Shown here piece after piece: positions 24,409-37,060 of a DNA stretch of 39,659 nucleotides (its first letter is position 1; the number at the start of each line of letters is the position of its first letter). The position numbers were made by a program, and so were the translations under genes. The notes under the pieces are model-generated. The model was not told the origin of the DNA, searched no databases, and was given only the letters and a program-made list of their open reading frames with translations. Source of the DNA: Octopus sinensis (taxonomy: Eukaryota); the NCBI RefSeq assembly GCF_006345805.1, contig NW_021835547.1, positions 1 through 39,659 on the forward strand. The letters are read 5' to 3'.

Positions 24409-26020
24409 GCATACATCTTTATATGTGTATATATATAAAGACAAGCTCGCACACAGACGAGTTGTTTCCTCTTAATCACCTTCTATCAATTCTTACAGAA
24501 TATCGATCAACCTGACGCAATGATAGAAAACTCTTCCCGAATCTTGAACTATGATGTTGCGAAACGTTCCTTTTTTTAACCATACAGTCATGGTTACTAT
24601 CATGTCTTCCATAATATTATTGATTATCAATTTCTAGCAACTAAAGCTCATAATGGGATTAACTTCTCCAAAGAACGCCACCATTTTTGTCTTCTTTTCC
24701 CCTTTGTCTCTCTCAATCATTTATCGGTTCTTTTACTTTGTGTTTAATCGAACAAATCTTATTTATGGAGATTTACTTTTAAGGGTCATCATTATTGAGA
24801 TCAGGGGCCAAATACTGTGACGGTGAAAAACGCCTGCAAGCTTAGAGGGAAATGAGAGGGAGGGATCCCATTCCATCATTTTATATTTAGGTGTCTTACA
24901 AAAGGTTAACTAAAGTCCCAACCCCATTGGAGTCCATCGCTAAGTAATCGCGAATCTCAAGATCTGGGGTTTTTCAGAGACCTTTCCATTTCTCAGCGGA
25001 ATATATACATACATACATACGTGCATGTGTGTGTGTGTGTGTAAATATACCTATTTAGTGCTGTCTGTCGAAAATCCAAACCTGGTACCATGGTAGAGAT
25101 CGATAATATACTTTGGGCGATCGGTCTCTTGGTAGTGTGGATTTCGCGTGCGGGTGGGAGTATTTCGCTAAAGTCCTGTGCACCAACAGGGCGAACTCAA
25201 CAGGAGAGTGCGTCGGCCAAAGCAAAAGATATTATAGATACATATTTATAAGGGTCCTGCGATTAGGCTGCGGTTGTTGTGTTGATCATCCCTAACCGTG
25301 GCGTTGGCGCTACTGTCGCCGATGGTGATGTGAGTACCGTCGTTGATAATATTGGTTGTGGGGCCGTTAGCCTCGCTGGTGGTGCTATTGGCATCGGCGT
25401 GGCCATCCTCTCTGACCGTAGTGTTGGTGCTGAGGCCGCTGGCGCCAGTGCTGGTTTTTTTGCCGCTGTCGCTGCTCCTGGTACCCTCGATGTTGTTGGA
25501 TAATCCGTTGCTGCTATTACTAAGTCTGAGTATCAGCACAGCCGTATAGTCGACCACCTCGGCCTCACATTGGCCTCCCGCTGGACCGTCATTGTACACC
25601 CTGCAAGAGCAACTGGCCTCCCCCCGCCTTTTATGGGTGTTACCTAATATACTTGTCATGTATGTATGGTGGTGTTTTACTGCTTGTGTTGGTACTGTTG
25701 TTGGTGTTGTAATCAATATAAGCCATGATCGTATGAGTGAAAATCCGCATGGTGTAAGATATAGGTTGGAATCTAAACAACTCTGTGTTGGTACGTCTAA
25801 AGCGTTTCTTTTATTCATGGGAAGAAATGAATCCGATACTGATTTAGGCTGGAAGATCGTAATAACTGTAAAAGAAAACGTTTCAAAATACGATTTCAAA
25901 CGGTCCTCTACGCTTTGATGTATGACTTGGCAGCGCCACATTGTATATGCATGCAGAGAGAACGGGCGGAGAGCATAATAAATTGAATCAAACTAAGTGT
26001 ACTACTGGTATGTTATATAA

Positions 26021-26352
26021 AGGGTAAAGACCCCCTTCGGTCATGAATGACCATGGGATTGCATCTAGAAAGTTACCCTCCTAGACACAAGTCCGGGCAA
26101 GGTTGTTTATGGAAGACCAGCAGTCGCCCATGCATACCAGCCTCCCCTCTCCACGCCACCAGTGTTATCCAAGGGAAAGACAAAGGTCGATACAGCTTGG
26201 CACTAGTGACGTCGCAACTCATTTCTACAGCTGAGTGAACTGGAATAACGTGAAATAAAGTGCTTTGCTCAAGAACACAACACGCAGCCCGGTCCAGGAT
26301 TCGAGCTCACAACCTCACGATCGTAAGCTCGACGCTCTAACCACTGAGCCAT
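26021..26352 (-). mobile_element. tRNA-head SINE, third family
   Basis: Reverse complement starts atggctcagtggttagagcgtcgagcttacgatcgtgaggttgtgagctcgaatcctgg (A-box tggctcagtgg, B-box-like gctcgaatcc), followed by a non-tRNA body and a tttaccc-type end. Confidence 0.82.
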
Positions 26353-28955
26353 TCTAAAAAAAAATGAACGGTTAAGGTGAAATTTGAACTCAACACGTTG
26401 CTAGGGAGAGGTGGACTGAAACATCTCTTTCTTCTCACCCACCACTTCACCCCTTTATCATCTGCCATAACTCAATGTTATTTCTGCAGTCGTAAAATAT
26501 AGAGACATTCGACTGGTCCAATGTTACAAGTCAGAGCATGATGGAATGAAAGAATCATTAAGACGTCAGTCAAAATGATTTGTTGTATTCAGTTCTTATG
26601 TAAAATCTAATTGCAATGAAAATTGCCTTATTTTTCCTGGGATCTACAAAATAAGTAAAAGCTTTCTCGTTCTATCCTCCTCACCAGCAAAATATGTATT
26701 GCTCTTAATAATTACAAACGCTTTAGCTAATTCATTATTGGTAGATTATGAATAGGGGCATTAATACTCGAAATAGTTTTCTTAAATTCTAAATACTTAC
26801 AGACGTTTTGTACGAGTACCACTCCCGTTGTTTTACCGTCATATTTACGTAAGTTAGTCAAGTAAGGAATGTAAGACAATTTAAAGAATCTGCGTGAATA
26901 CTGTTTGGTGGAAGTAGAGGTTAAAATGTTTGTAATATAGTGGATCGTACCAAAGACGACCAATGACTAGCTGGTGGTGTTAAACCAGTCAAATAGGCAG
27001 CAACGTGTTCGGGCCATCTGATTGGGCTTCTCTACAATTTTAATCTACGCAAATTCCCCTTCAAGATATGAGTAAACTCGTAACTGAAGTAGGAGACAGT
27101 CGCCTATGATACGTAACTATAGTACCAAGCAACGATATATAGAATCCTTAATCACGTGAGTGTAAAACAATTTTTTTAACCTCACAAAACCCCTTGTGAC
27201 CTCTCAGTAATATTTGGATGTTTCATCACTTGTTCTGCCAATTCCATTTTTATTTTCCCTTCGTTGTTGATTGACTTTCCAATTTTCTATTTTCTTTTCA
27301 TTTTTCTCATTTCTTCTTCCTTTTATATGTTTGTATTTCACTGTTGCGTTGTAGTTTTGCGTGTGTGTCTCTTTGAAGTAATTATTCTGTCTGTCTGTGC
27401 GTCGATATTTTCAGAAAAGGTCTTCCTTTATATTTCTGTTTCATTTTCTCTGCTAATTAATCCCCAAACAAAACAACGACGAAACTGATGCAGATGATGA
27501 TGAGAGTAGTAGTAGTAGTAGTAGTGGTGGTGGTGATATTATTTGCCACGAGCGTGGGAGGCCAATACAAGACGGATTTACAAATTCATAAATGTTTGCT
27601 CTAAATCAATGAAGAAAATTTAAGGGGAAAAAAACAGAATGCGGAAGAGGAGCAATACTTGTTGCTAGTTGAGTGAGAGCCACACTGGGGCCAATTATGT
27701 AACCCCACGCATCCAGGATTACCCTTGCTGCCAAAGGTAATTGTCTCACCCATATGTTGCTTCCGGTTTACTGTTGTATGACTGCAATACACTCACCCAC
27801 CTGGGTCATAAAATCATTTTTCTCACCCAGATTTTAATCACCACCCGACATTAGAACACAGGGTACACGAAAATCCCTCCCCTTGCCCACGTGAATTATG
27901 AAAATAAACTTTACGCTTATTTTATATAAGAAACAGAACAAACTAAGATTTAGGAGGCGATACATAGGCAGCATAGAAACTCGTTCTTTCTATAGAACCA
28001 TGGGAAGGAGGGGGAGGAAAGGAAAAGGAAAGGAGGAGGAGGAACATTGTTAGAAGAGGTGAGGGAGAAGGACAAGAAAACCGAAGAGAGGAGAGAAAAA
28101 GAAAATAGAAAGAAAAGGAAAAAAGAAAAGGATAAAGAAAAGAGAAGCGATGGAAGAGGAGATAAAGAAAGTCATTGAAAATATCGATAACGGCAGATCA
28201 ATAACCGAATATGTACTATTAAAGTAGCGCATAAAAAATATTTCATGCCGTTAAAAAAAATGTGTCACTAATATGGTAAACCATATTTTAAGACCAGAAA
28301 TAGAACCATCAGTGGAGAAAATAAAAAGAGATCAAATTATAATCCGCTTATTTATCCAGCGCTGATGTTCCATATTGTAAAACAACGATAATCTTTTGAA
28401 TAGAGAAGACGATTCTTGTTAGGAAATGTTGATGCAAATTATATGGCAGCAGATTTACCACTCAAGCTGATAGCTATCTTACGCCCGATAAACTTAGCAT
28501 AATTTCCTTGGACAACATTGACAATGGTGGGTTTTATTAAATTAAATAGTTATGGAGAGAGAGCGCAATATCAGGTAAGAATGGAAGGTGAGAAGTTAAA
28601 GAATTATTGCAGAATCATTGTTATTGATTTCCAACGGATTAAGTTCCGACATCCATGAAGCTATTAAGATTAGTTCCGTATGTAGGAATGTGTCCAGAAT
28701 AATTCTACGAGGAATTGCTCAAACTACATTTGATATACACTTGCTTCAGTGGAGACATTAACAGCTCATCAATAAATAAACTCTATCGCTGAAACATCCT
28801 GCAATAAACAGAAAGAAATAATGTGTGTGTGTGTGTGTGTGCCTGCGTGTATGACTTTAAATATTGACATAGGGTTTACCGAACGTTTAAGTAATTTATT
28901 ATTTACAACCATGTTATGCCAAGTAAAGGCGCTTGCTTGGTATTTAGGGTGATTT

Positions 28956-29188
28956 AAGGGGGCGAGCTGGCAGAATCGTTAGTACGCCGGGCGAAATGCA
29001 TAGCCGTATTTCGTCTGCCGCTACGTTCTGAGTTCAAGTTACGCCGAGGTCAACTTTGCCTTTCATCCTTTCGGAGTCGATAAATTAAGTACCAGTTAAG
29101 CACTGGGGTCGATATAATGGACTTAATCCGTTTGTCTGTCCTTGTTTGTCCTCTCTGCGTTTAGCCCCTTGTGGGTAGTAAAGAAATA
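28956..29188 (+). mobile_element. Full-length family A SINE (tail1)
   Basis: Complete element; perfect 17-bp TSD ggtatttagggtgattt at 28939-28955 and 29189-29205. Confidence 0.93.
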
Positions 29189-29504
29189 GGTATTTAGGGT
29201 GATTTTACGATGACGGTTTCAATTCCCTGACGGGGCAGTGCGCTGTGTTATTTGCAAAACACCCGTTTCTCCACTCGGGTCATTTATGTACCATGGAAAG
29301 TGGCTACTCTGTCCAATGAATCACAGAGCTCAACATAGAACAATCGTGTATGATATGCCCTCAATGTTGAGTTTGATTATCACATCAACCCTTTAATCGC
29401 CTCTTATATTCAGTCACAGCGTCCCGGTGAGTCTCCATGGTTATATGATTGTCTGTACCATAAAATTCTTTCTAGTTTCTTTTAGCTCAAGATCAGCAAT
29501 TTCT

Positions 29505-29670
29505 AGGAGAGGGAATTACATTAACCCCCAGTGCTCAATTAGTACATATTTTATTGACCCTTTATAGGATGATGGGCAAAATCACCTCCGGCGGAATTTG
29601 AACTCAAAACGTGATGAGTCAGAAGATATATTGCAAAGCGGTTTTATTGACGCTCAACCAGTTGTGCCTA
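29505..29670 (-). mobile_element. Highly diverged family A SINE
   Basis: cctccggcggaatttgaactcaaaacgtg and aggatgatgggcaaa match the family A core. Confidence 0.65.
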
Positions 29671-29714
29671 ATCGCTGCCTTAAATTTACACTGAATACAA
29701 TGAGTAAGTAGGTT

Positions 29715-29858
29715 TTTTTACTTCATAATCATGATGATCCGAGTTCGAATCCACCGTGAGAGAACGTCATGAAGTAATTTCATATAATAAATAGGTGTCA
29801 CTTCCCAAAACTTTGGGAGTAAAATTAGACAGAAGGAAACTGCAACGAAGCCTGCCTA
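29715..29858 (+). mobile_element. Highly diverged family B SINE head
   Basis: B-box gagttcgaatcc and agacagaaggaaactgcaacgaagcctg match the reverse complement of 19175-19300. Confidence 0.5.
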
Positions 29859-30210
29859 ATTTCAAACACCATTCCATTCCACAGTGTGCCAATCAGTTTC
29901 ATGGTTACACTGTTGTTATTCTTACTATTATTGGGAATGATGCTGAGCCAGGTCCCAAGCATGCCTTCCAGGAACCCCTGGCTTGGCAGTACCACCTGGG
30001 AGCATTACCAGTTCGGGATAAATTCCCTAGGGATGGAAATACTGTCAGGTATACCGATTCTTAGGCAATATAAATGATTGTTCTAATACGTTGTCTGTTA
30101 GACAAGTAGTATTAAATCAAAGTAGCCATTTGTGTATCAAACTTAAAGTAAATACATCAGGAAAGACAACATTTGCTGCTTTAATCGTCTGGAGAAAATA
30201 TGTCCATCGG

Positions 30211-30630
30211 TAAAGAATGCTTAGCGGTATTTTGTCCGGCGAGCTGGCAGACACGTTAGCACGCCGGGCGAAATGCGTAGCCGTATTTCGCCTGCCGCTA
30301 CGTTCTGAGTTCAAATTCCGCCGAGGTCGACTTCGCCTTTCATCCTTTCGGGGGTCGATAAATTAAGTACCAGTTACGCACTGAGGTCGTTATAATCGAC
30401 TTAATCCGTCTGTCTGTCCTTGTTTGTCCCCTCTGTGTTTAGCCCCTTGTGGGTAGTAAAGAAATAGGTACTTCGTCCGTCTTTACGTTCTGTGTTGAAA
30501 TTCGCCGAGAACAACTTTGCCTTTCATCCTATCGAGATTGATAAAATAAGAGTTAAGTTCTGGGGGGTCGACGTAACCGACTTGCTCCCTCCCCCGAAAT
30601 TACTGGCCTTGTGCTAAAATTTGAAACCAA
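30211..30630 (+). mobile_element. Nested SINEs: young family A copy (30238-30466) inserted into an older family A copy
   Basis: Outer head aatgcttagcggtattttgtcc is interrupted and resumes as ggtacttcgtccgtctttacgttctg. 12-bp TSD with 2 mismatches at 30226-30237 and 30467-30478. Confidence 0.87.
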
Positions 30631-31532
30631 TGTCTCCTATGGACGCGCTGTATTTAAAAATCAATATATATGTTGGTAGGAAACAGAACTCGTCTTAGCA
30701 GCGGAGTGAGAGGACGTTAGACATCCACCATTAGTGAACGGACGCACAAATCATTTATTCAACTTTTGTAAATATTGTGTCTGTTACTGTAATGTGAGTT
30801 CCTTAACCAGCGAAATGAGGATGGATTATTAATCCTATTAAACATCGTTTCATCCCCACCCACTTCATTTCTAATTATCCCCGCTTCCAGTTAGTTAACT
30901 CATCAAGCTGTCAAGTGTGTAATAGTTGAAAATCTTCTTCCGCTATTGTCGATCAATTCCCAAGAGGAGGCGGGTGAGGTACAATGGCGCTCCGGATACA
31001 AGTACATCAATGGCTAATAATGATGAATGATTTAGTTTCGTTCGTAATCATCGGCAATTAACACAAAATGAATACAATTTCTTAAAGGTTTGCAATTAGT
31101 TTCTGTAAATAAATTAGCAAATGAATATTTATGATTGTTTCATTTTCAAAACTTAAATAATTATTAAATATCTTGTTTATTTTAATTAAGCTTTTAATTC
31201 GTTTATTGATTAAACTTAAACTCAGCCACAAGACAAGATCTGCTGTTTATATAACAATTAATAAATTGCTTTTAAATAGCTTATAATTCAAGATTGATAA
31301 ATATTGTTTGGAAATTAATCAGTTTTAAGTTTGTCACTAAGTGACACATTGGTGGTGGCCAGAATCTGTCGACCCTGGACGCAGTTGGAACGGAGGCGAC
31401 GATGTTGAATAGCTGAGCAATGTCCCGCTTCCTGATATCGTCCATTTCTATTTTTTTCTCTTCATTTTTCCAGTAAAGGTTTTCAAACAATTTTTTCGAT
31501 AATTGGGACAAGAATAGCAATTTTTAGAGAGG

Positions 31533-31701
31533 AACTAAGTCAATCACATCGATCCCAGTATATACAAGTCGTTCTTTTTATCGAATCCGAAATGATGAAA
31601 AGCTAAGGCAGTCTCGGTGGTTATTGCAACTCGAAATGTAAATAATCGGAAGAAATGGTGTCAGACATTTTGTTGGATGTGCTAGCGATTCTGCCAGCTC
31701 A
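31533..31701 (-). mobile_element. Highly diverged family A SINE
   Basis: catcgatcccagt, atccgaaatgatgaaaagctaag and gtgctagcgattctgccagctc are colinear with the family A reverse complement. Confidence 0.65.
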
Positions 31702-32009
31702 GCGGATACGAGGAACATGGGGGAAATGAATCGAAAGCAGGACAGAGGAGAGAAAAGAGAAAGAAAAGAATATAGATGGGGGGGGGGGACAAATTTAAAT
31801 TTAAGTAAATCATTTCTTGTTAATTATAATAGATGTTATTTTTTCTTCCTCTGACGTCGGTGCAGCAATTTCTGAAGGCGATGGAACACAAAAATGAGAC
31901 AGAAAAAACAAAAAAATGTGATGAGAACCGAGGAAGTAGAATTAAAATCCGAAAGTTGATAATTAGAAAGTGCAAAAACACAAAAAGGGAATATTTCAGA
32001 GAAAGTCAG

Positions 32010-32063
<54 letters not shown>
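32010..32063. repeat. (CT)n microsatellite
   Basis: Direct reading; one interruption. Confidence 0.95.
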
Positions 32064-32067
<4 letters not shown>

Positions 32068-32956
32068 ATTACTTTTCGTTAATGTGTTGATTCTTTTGAT
32101 AATCATATTGAGACAATCCAAACCTGTCTCTGAAGAGCACATTGCGGGAATGTGTGAACACTGAGTACACTGAGGAAATGAGGGCGTGGAGAGCAATTCC
32201 TAGGACTGTCAGAAAAAAGATTACGTTGCCAGAATGAGAGAAGGAAACGCGCAATGAATGTTTGAAAGAAGAAGTAGATGACGTTGCGCAGATTTGTTCT
32301 CGGAGCGTGAAGACTCGGAACAAATACTCCATATTGTATAAGTTAAAGTTAGAAACAGAACTCTGCGTAGAACTTGGCATAAATCCAATATCCATAACGA
32401 AATCCAAGGATTGAATTACGAAAGGAATGAAAATGGGAAAACTATGAGTTGGAATGGCACTGTTTAATGTGTTGGATGCGATTATTGCATAGGAAAGAAC
32501 GCTTGTGATTATATTGAGCAAGTAAACAATGAAGGAGACAGAAATCGAACAAAAAGCGGTCGACTTCTAATGATCGAACGTTATTTAAAACCAAACCAAT
32601 CATTTCCACTTAGAAATCAAACAACATCAACAACGCTGTCCAAATGATGGGTTTTGTAACGTGAATTTAATGTGAGCGCAAAACAAAGGCAATGCCTTTC
32701 ATACTTCTCGCGTGCGTTAGAAATTGAAAACAAGATTCTAAGAGCATGATTGGCAAATGAACGAAACAGAGAATGGTTATATATCTAAGGAACATCAGTC
32801 TTATATCTCATAATATAATAAAGATAAATGATTTCAGGAATCAAATCGGAAACTGTCCAAACACGAATGCTAATTTCCAGAGATTCACAAAGACTAGAAA
32901 ACACTAAAAGAGATGTAGAAGAACTCATAGAAAAATAGACATTGACTAAAATCTAA

Positions 32957-33331
32957 AACAAGAGCACTCAGAGAGCGCCAACCTCCGCCAAAGCAACACC
33001 AAAGCCCTCTCAACGATTAGCTGGAGAGGATTTTTAGTATTGGAATATCTGAAATAAACTGTTCTGCTCTCACAAACAAGAATACTAAAAATAGACTCGA
33101 CCGCTCTCAAAAAAATTAAGTTAAAAACAAAAGATAATCCAGAGTCCTTGGCCGGTACCGGATCGATCCCAAATTTAATCAGTGCGTGCCAGTAATGAGG
33201 CTAAACATCCCTGAAAGTTTCATCCGAATCTATTCAGCGGTTCTTGAGATATCTTGTCCACGGACACACAAACAAACAAACAAACAAACACAACTGAAAC
33301 AAGACCTCCGCCTTCCCTAAGGCGGATGTAA
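32957..33331 (+). mobile_element. Non-autonomous Helentron-associated (HINE/DINE-1-like) element
   Basis: acctccgcc near the 5' end (32981-32989) recurs at 33304-33312 as the left arm of a 3' hairpin tccgcctt-ccct-aaggcgga (33307-33326). Internal (caaa)n at about 33268-33290; no ORF. Confidence 0.62.
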
Positions 33332-33444
33332 GAAGCGGTTATACGCACTGGAGGTAAGCTACTAGATTGAAGGCGGGTGGTATAGGGTGTAGGGCAGTCA
33401 ACTCACGATCCCTCAAGGCACGCTGTCCCCTTCAGCATGATACC

Positions 33445-33670
33445 TTGCTCCAGTTCACTCAGCTGGCGAAGATGAGATGTACCTGTAATTTCAAAGGGAC
33501 CACTCTTGTCATATTCTGCGTCACGTTGAATCTCTCTGCGAAATACATTAAGAGTATGAGTGTCTGTGGAGTGTTCAGCCACTTGCACGTTAATTTCACG
33601 TGCAGACTGTTTCGTTGATCGGATACAATGAGACGCTCGTCGTCGTAAGCGACGGATTACCAGTCAACCT
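33445..33670 (+). mobile_element. SINE-like repeat body sharing a core segment with the 26021-26352 family
   Basis: ttgctccagttcactcagctgg matches ttattccagttcactcagctgt in the reverse complement of the 26021-26352 element; the 3' part differs. Confidence 0.5.
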
Positions 33671-34270
33671 ACTACAGACCAATGAAAGCACTTGAACAGC
33701 AGAAGCCACACAAAGACTATAAGCTACATAAACGAATTAAAACGAATTAAGCTACATAAACGAAAATAAAACTTACAACGTCTGACCAAAATGACAAATG
33801 TTCTGCGAAACTTTTATATAATTAGAAAATATAAGAATTATTATAAAATATGGAAATAATTAGAAAATATAAGCATAATTAGAAAATTAAAGAATTAGAA
33901 AATTTATCAATACTGTCGATTCAGTGACGTAAGAAGACGTTGAGAATCCGATGTTTCCACCTGGCTTTGACACTCAGTCGAAGCTATTCTAAATCAAGGA
34001 ATGAAAACCAGAAATGCCGTTCTTGTTTATTCAATTTTAATAAACACACATTTTGCTGCTAAACAAAGCAATAATATATACATTCATACTTAATACGATT
34101 CGCTAACTTTGAATGGAATGTAATGAGTGTTCTGGCTAAATTTGATAGTGTGCATAAAAGGAGGAGAAACAAACAATATCTGATCCAAAAATGAAAGCAG
34201 CTTAAAAACATCAAAAACATCAAATGTATAGTAATAATAATAATAATAATAATAATGATAATAATAATAA

Positions 34271-34490
34271 TACGTAAAATGATGTCTATGTAATCTCAAA
34301 TTTTTAAAACAAACTTATAATTTTTCTTATGTTTTCCTTAAACATTCTCTGGAACAATACTCTGTGCCAAACCAAATATATGACACCCTAGGCATAAACA
34401 ACAACATGAACTTCTAGCTTGTTGTCTCTTGAAGTCTCTGGGTGAGACTTGGAGTCAACATGTACAAATACAAAGCAAACGTCAAATATA
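34271..34490 (+). mobile_element. Short 3' end of a probable R4/Dong-type LINE embedded in (TAA)n
   Basis: cgt aaa atg atg tct atg taa (RKMMSM*) resembles the terminal ILRKxLS motif; UTR then (tga)n(taa)n tail; preceded by (taa)n. Only a few codons support the call. Confidence 0.5.
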
Positions 34491-34528
34491 TGATGATGAT
34501 GATGATGATAATAATAATTATGATAATA

Positions 34529-34686
34529 GGCACTGTGTACATCCTTCGTAAAGCACGTTCAATACAGTGACGATAAGAGTAACACAACAAAACACAGCAT
34601 CAAATACCCAAGGCACACAGCGCTGCACTCGGTAGTGCAGTGAAAACGTAAAATAAAATAAGACTACTGAATAATAATAATAATAA
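34529..34686 (+). mobile_element. Second R4/Dong-type LINE 3' end in (TAA)n
   Basis: GTVYILRKARSIQ* (34529-34570) matches GTTHILGKTLPIQ* of the 6386-7712 element. 3' UTR hairpin ctgcact-cggt-agtgcag (34623-34640); (ata)n tail. Confidence 0.7.
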
Positions 34687-34839
34687 GAGACGTCATGTGT
34701 TACGACCAGGTGGCCATAACCTGGATTTACAAAATCAACGAGGAAAACAACAACACGCCACGAACAAATATGAATGAACAAAAATAAACCAATACCACAC
34801 CAGAGGTGCAGTCAAAATATTTACAATGGTAACACACAC

Positions 34840-34981
34840 ACATATATATACACAAACAAACACATATATACACACACACAAAACATATTGCACACACACA
34901 CACACACAAACACACACTCACATTATACATATATATATATATATTATATATATATATATATTATATATATATATATATATA
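34840..34981. repeat. (AC)n/(AT)n microsatellite
   Basis: Direct reading. Confidence 0.92.
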
Positions 34982-36247
34982 GTTCAGAAATTGAAACTCA
35001 GAAACCCAGCTTCAACTTGATTTCACGATCACTCTGGATTCACAAATTTTGGTTTCACCCAAACTGGCCTCACACAAAAAATGGCCTCACAAATTTAGTT
35101 TACAAAAAATATGGATTCTGAACATTTGGATTTCATACAATCAGGATTCCCATTTTAGTACAAATTCAATTTTCGAACCTTGGGACAAGCATGAATAAAT
35201 CTAACGTCAAAGCAACCATTTAAACTAGAAGTTCGTGACATAAAACGGCTGCCAGACTCCATCAGTAATTATAGGTAAACAATTAAATGGTCAAACAAAA
35301 AGCTAGTTTGCTTTAAATTCACACAAAACAAGCATGTTGAGGAATCATTAGACACAATTTACAGTTTGTTGTCTAATACAAACAATTGGCTACAAGAAAA
35401 AATTTAAATGTATACACTCTTTAGTTATTTATACAAATTTTAACGTTTATCATAACAGAAAATAAGTAGCAAAATTACTACACAACTTGCCACAAATACA
35501 GGGTTCAAAATTCACATAAATATTATAACATAACTTAAGAGATTTTTTGTACTCACCCAGATGTGACACAGAAATATTTTTAAATCCGACAAAAGTTCTG
35601 GTAAATTCCAGGAGCATAAAGTAAATCCATAAATTCCTAACACAAAGCACATAAACTAAACAGGAAATCATAGCTTCCGAAATCCAATTGAACAACTTTG
35701 TCTCACAGAAAAAACTAGAGGATCCCATTGTCTCTGCTTATAAAGGTTTGCCAAGGTCTAGCCAATTTGTTATAGTTTCACTGTTTTGGCTAATAACACC
35801 TAGCTTCCCCCATTTTGACAATGGACTTACCTTACAGTGCAGCATGAAAAACTGTTTACCCGTTGAACATTATTATTAATAATTTCGTTTGAAAGAAGTG
35901 TAATATATTTTGTTGTTGACGTGACCTACCCGAAAAATATTGAAACAGAGAAAAAAATACTTATTTCCAACCAAATAGTAATTGAAGAGGAAGGTTATAA
36001 AAGACTACAAGAAATGTGTGGAGATAACATCGACCCATCAGGAATAACGGTGGAATTCAAAGAATTGCCACCAGTAGTGGATTTAGTAGAAATCGAACCA
36101 CTAATAAAATATTACTAAAAAATAAATAAGTATGTCAAAGCGAAGGAAAAAAGAAAAGAAGAATAAAAAGAAGGAAAAAGAAAGAGTAAGTGCTTTTATG
36201 TTATGTTTAATAATATCGTAAAATAGAACAATTTTAGAGAACATATA

Positions 36248-36481
36248 TGTTTCTTTATTACCCACAAGGGGCTAAACATAGAGGGGACAAACAAGGATAG
36301 ACAAACGGATTAAGACGATTACATCGACACCAGTGCGTAACTGGTACTTAATTTATCGACCCCGAAAGGATGAAAGGCAAAGTCGACTTCGGCGGAATTT
36401 GAACTCAGAACGTAGCGGCAGACGAAATACGGCTACGCATTTCGCCCGGCGTGCTAACGAACCTGCCAGCTCGATGCCTTT
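36248..36481 (-). mobile_element. Full-length family A SINE (tail1)
   Basis: Perfect 18-bp TSD aattttagagaacatata at 36230-36247 and 36482-36499. Confidence 0.93.
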
Positions 36482-37060
36482 AATTTTAGAGAACATATAA
36501 CGGTTCAAATAATTGAAATGGTAGACGATGATTAATTGTTTGTTAAATACATAGAACGAATATGATGAGATGATAATGGGGTTATGAATGGCTTCATGCG
36601 CCCCTCATCACATGCATTACCATTAATTTTTTTAAACTGTCCGTTTTTATCATAGATTTAACTAACAGAAGTAAGCGGAACAGAAGACGAATGGGGGACA
36701 CCAGGAAAGAAAAAGAAGAGAAACAGGTAAACCCACCCAACCCACTCCCATCGACACCGTCTTCTTCGCACCTGCTCCATATAGACACTGACCCTACCCG
36801 TCCCTCGCCAACACGAAGACGACCACAGTCAGACACCAGTAATTCAGCCGCCCCTCCCCCCTGAAAAAAAGAAGGAGAAAGGAAACTATATAATGATGTA
36901 CGATAACACAAATAAAAATTTGTAGCCTGTTTCGCAGGTGCAATCGGTAACACAGTTAGTTGCATTAACAAAAGGATGAAGGTTCGTATCCTACGCGTAC
37001 GAGAAAGCCTATTTTTATCCATTCATAACGCCATTATTGTATAATCATCTCATCATATTC

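Noticed and set aside
26270-26352. tRNA-like sequence with A and B boxes (also the heads of families A and B)
   Set aside because: No complete cloverleaf or acceptor stem, and it continues into a SINE body; a SINE head, not a tRNA gene.
29226-29260. Hammerhead-like ctgacggggca...tgcaaaac
   Set aside because: A9 and G12 are missing and stem II is incomplete.
32069-32521. 150-aa hydrophobic-looking minus-strand ORF
   Set aside because: It is the antisense of a purine-rich stretch whose + frames contain stops; no GPCR or other domain motif.
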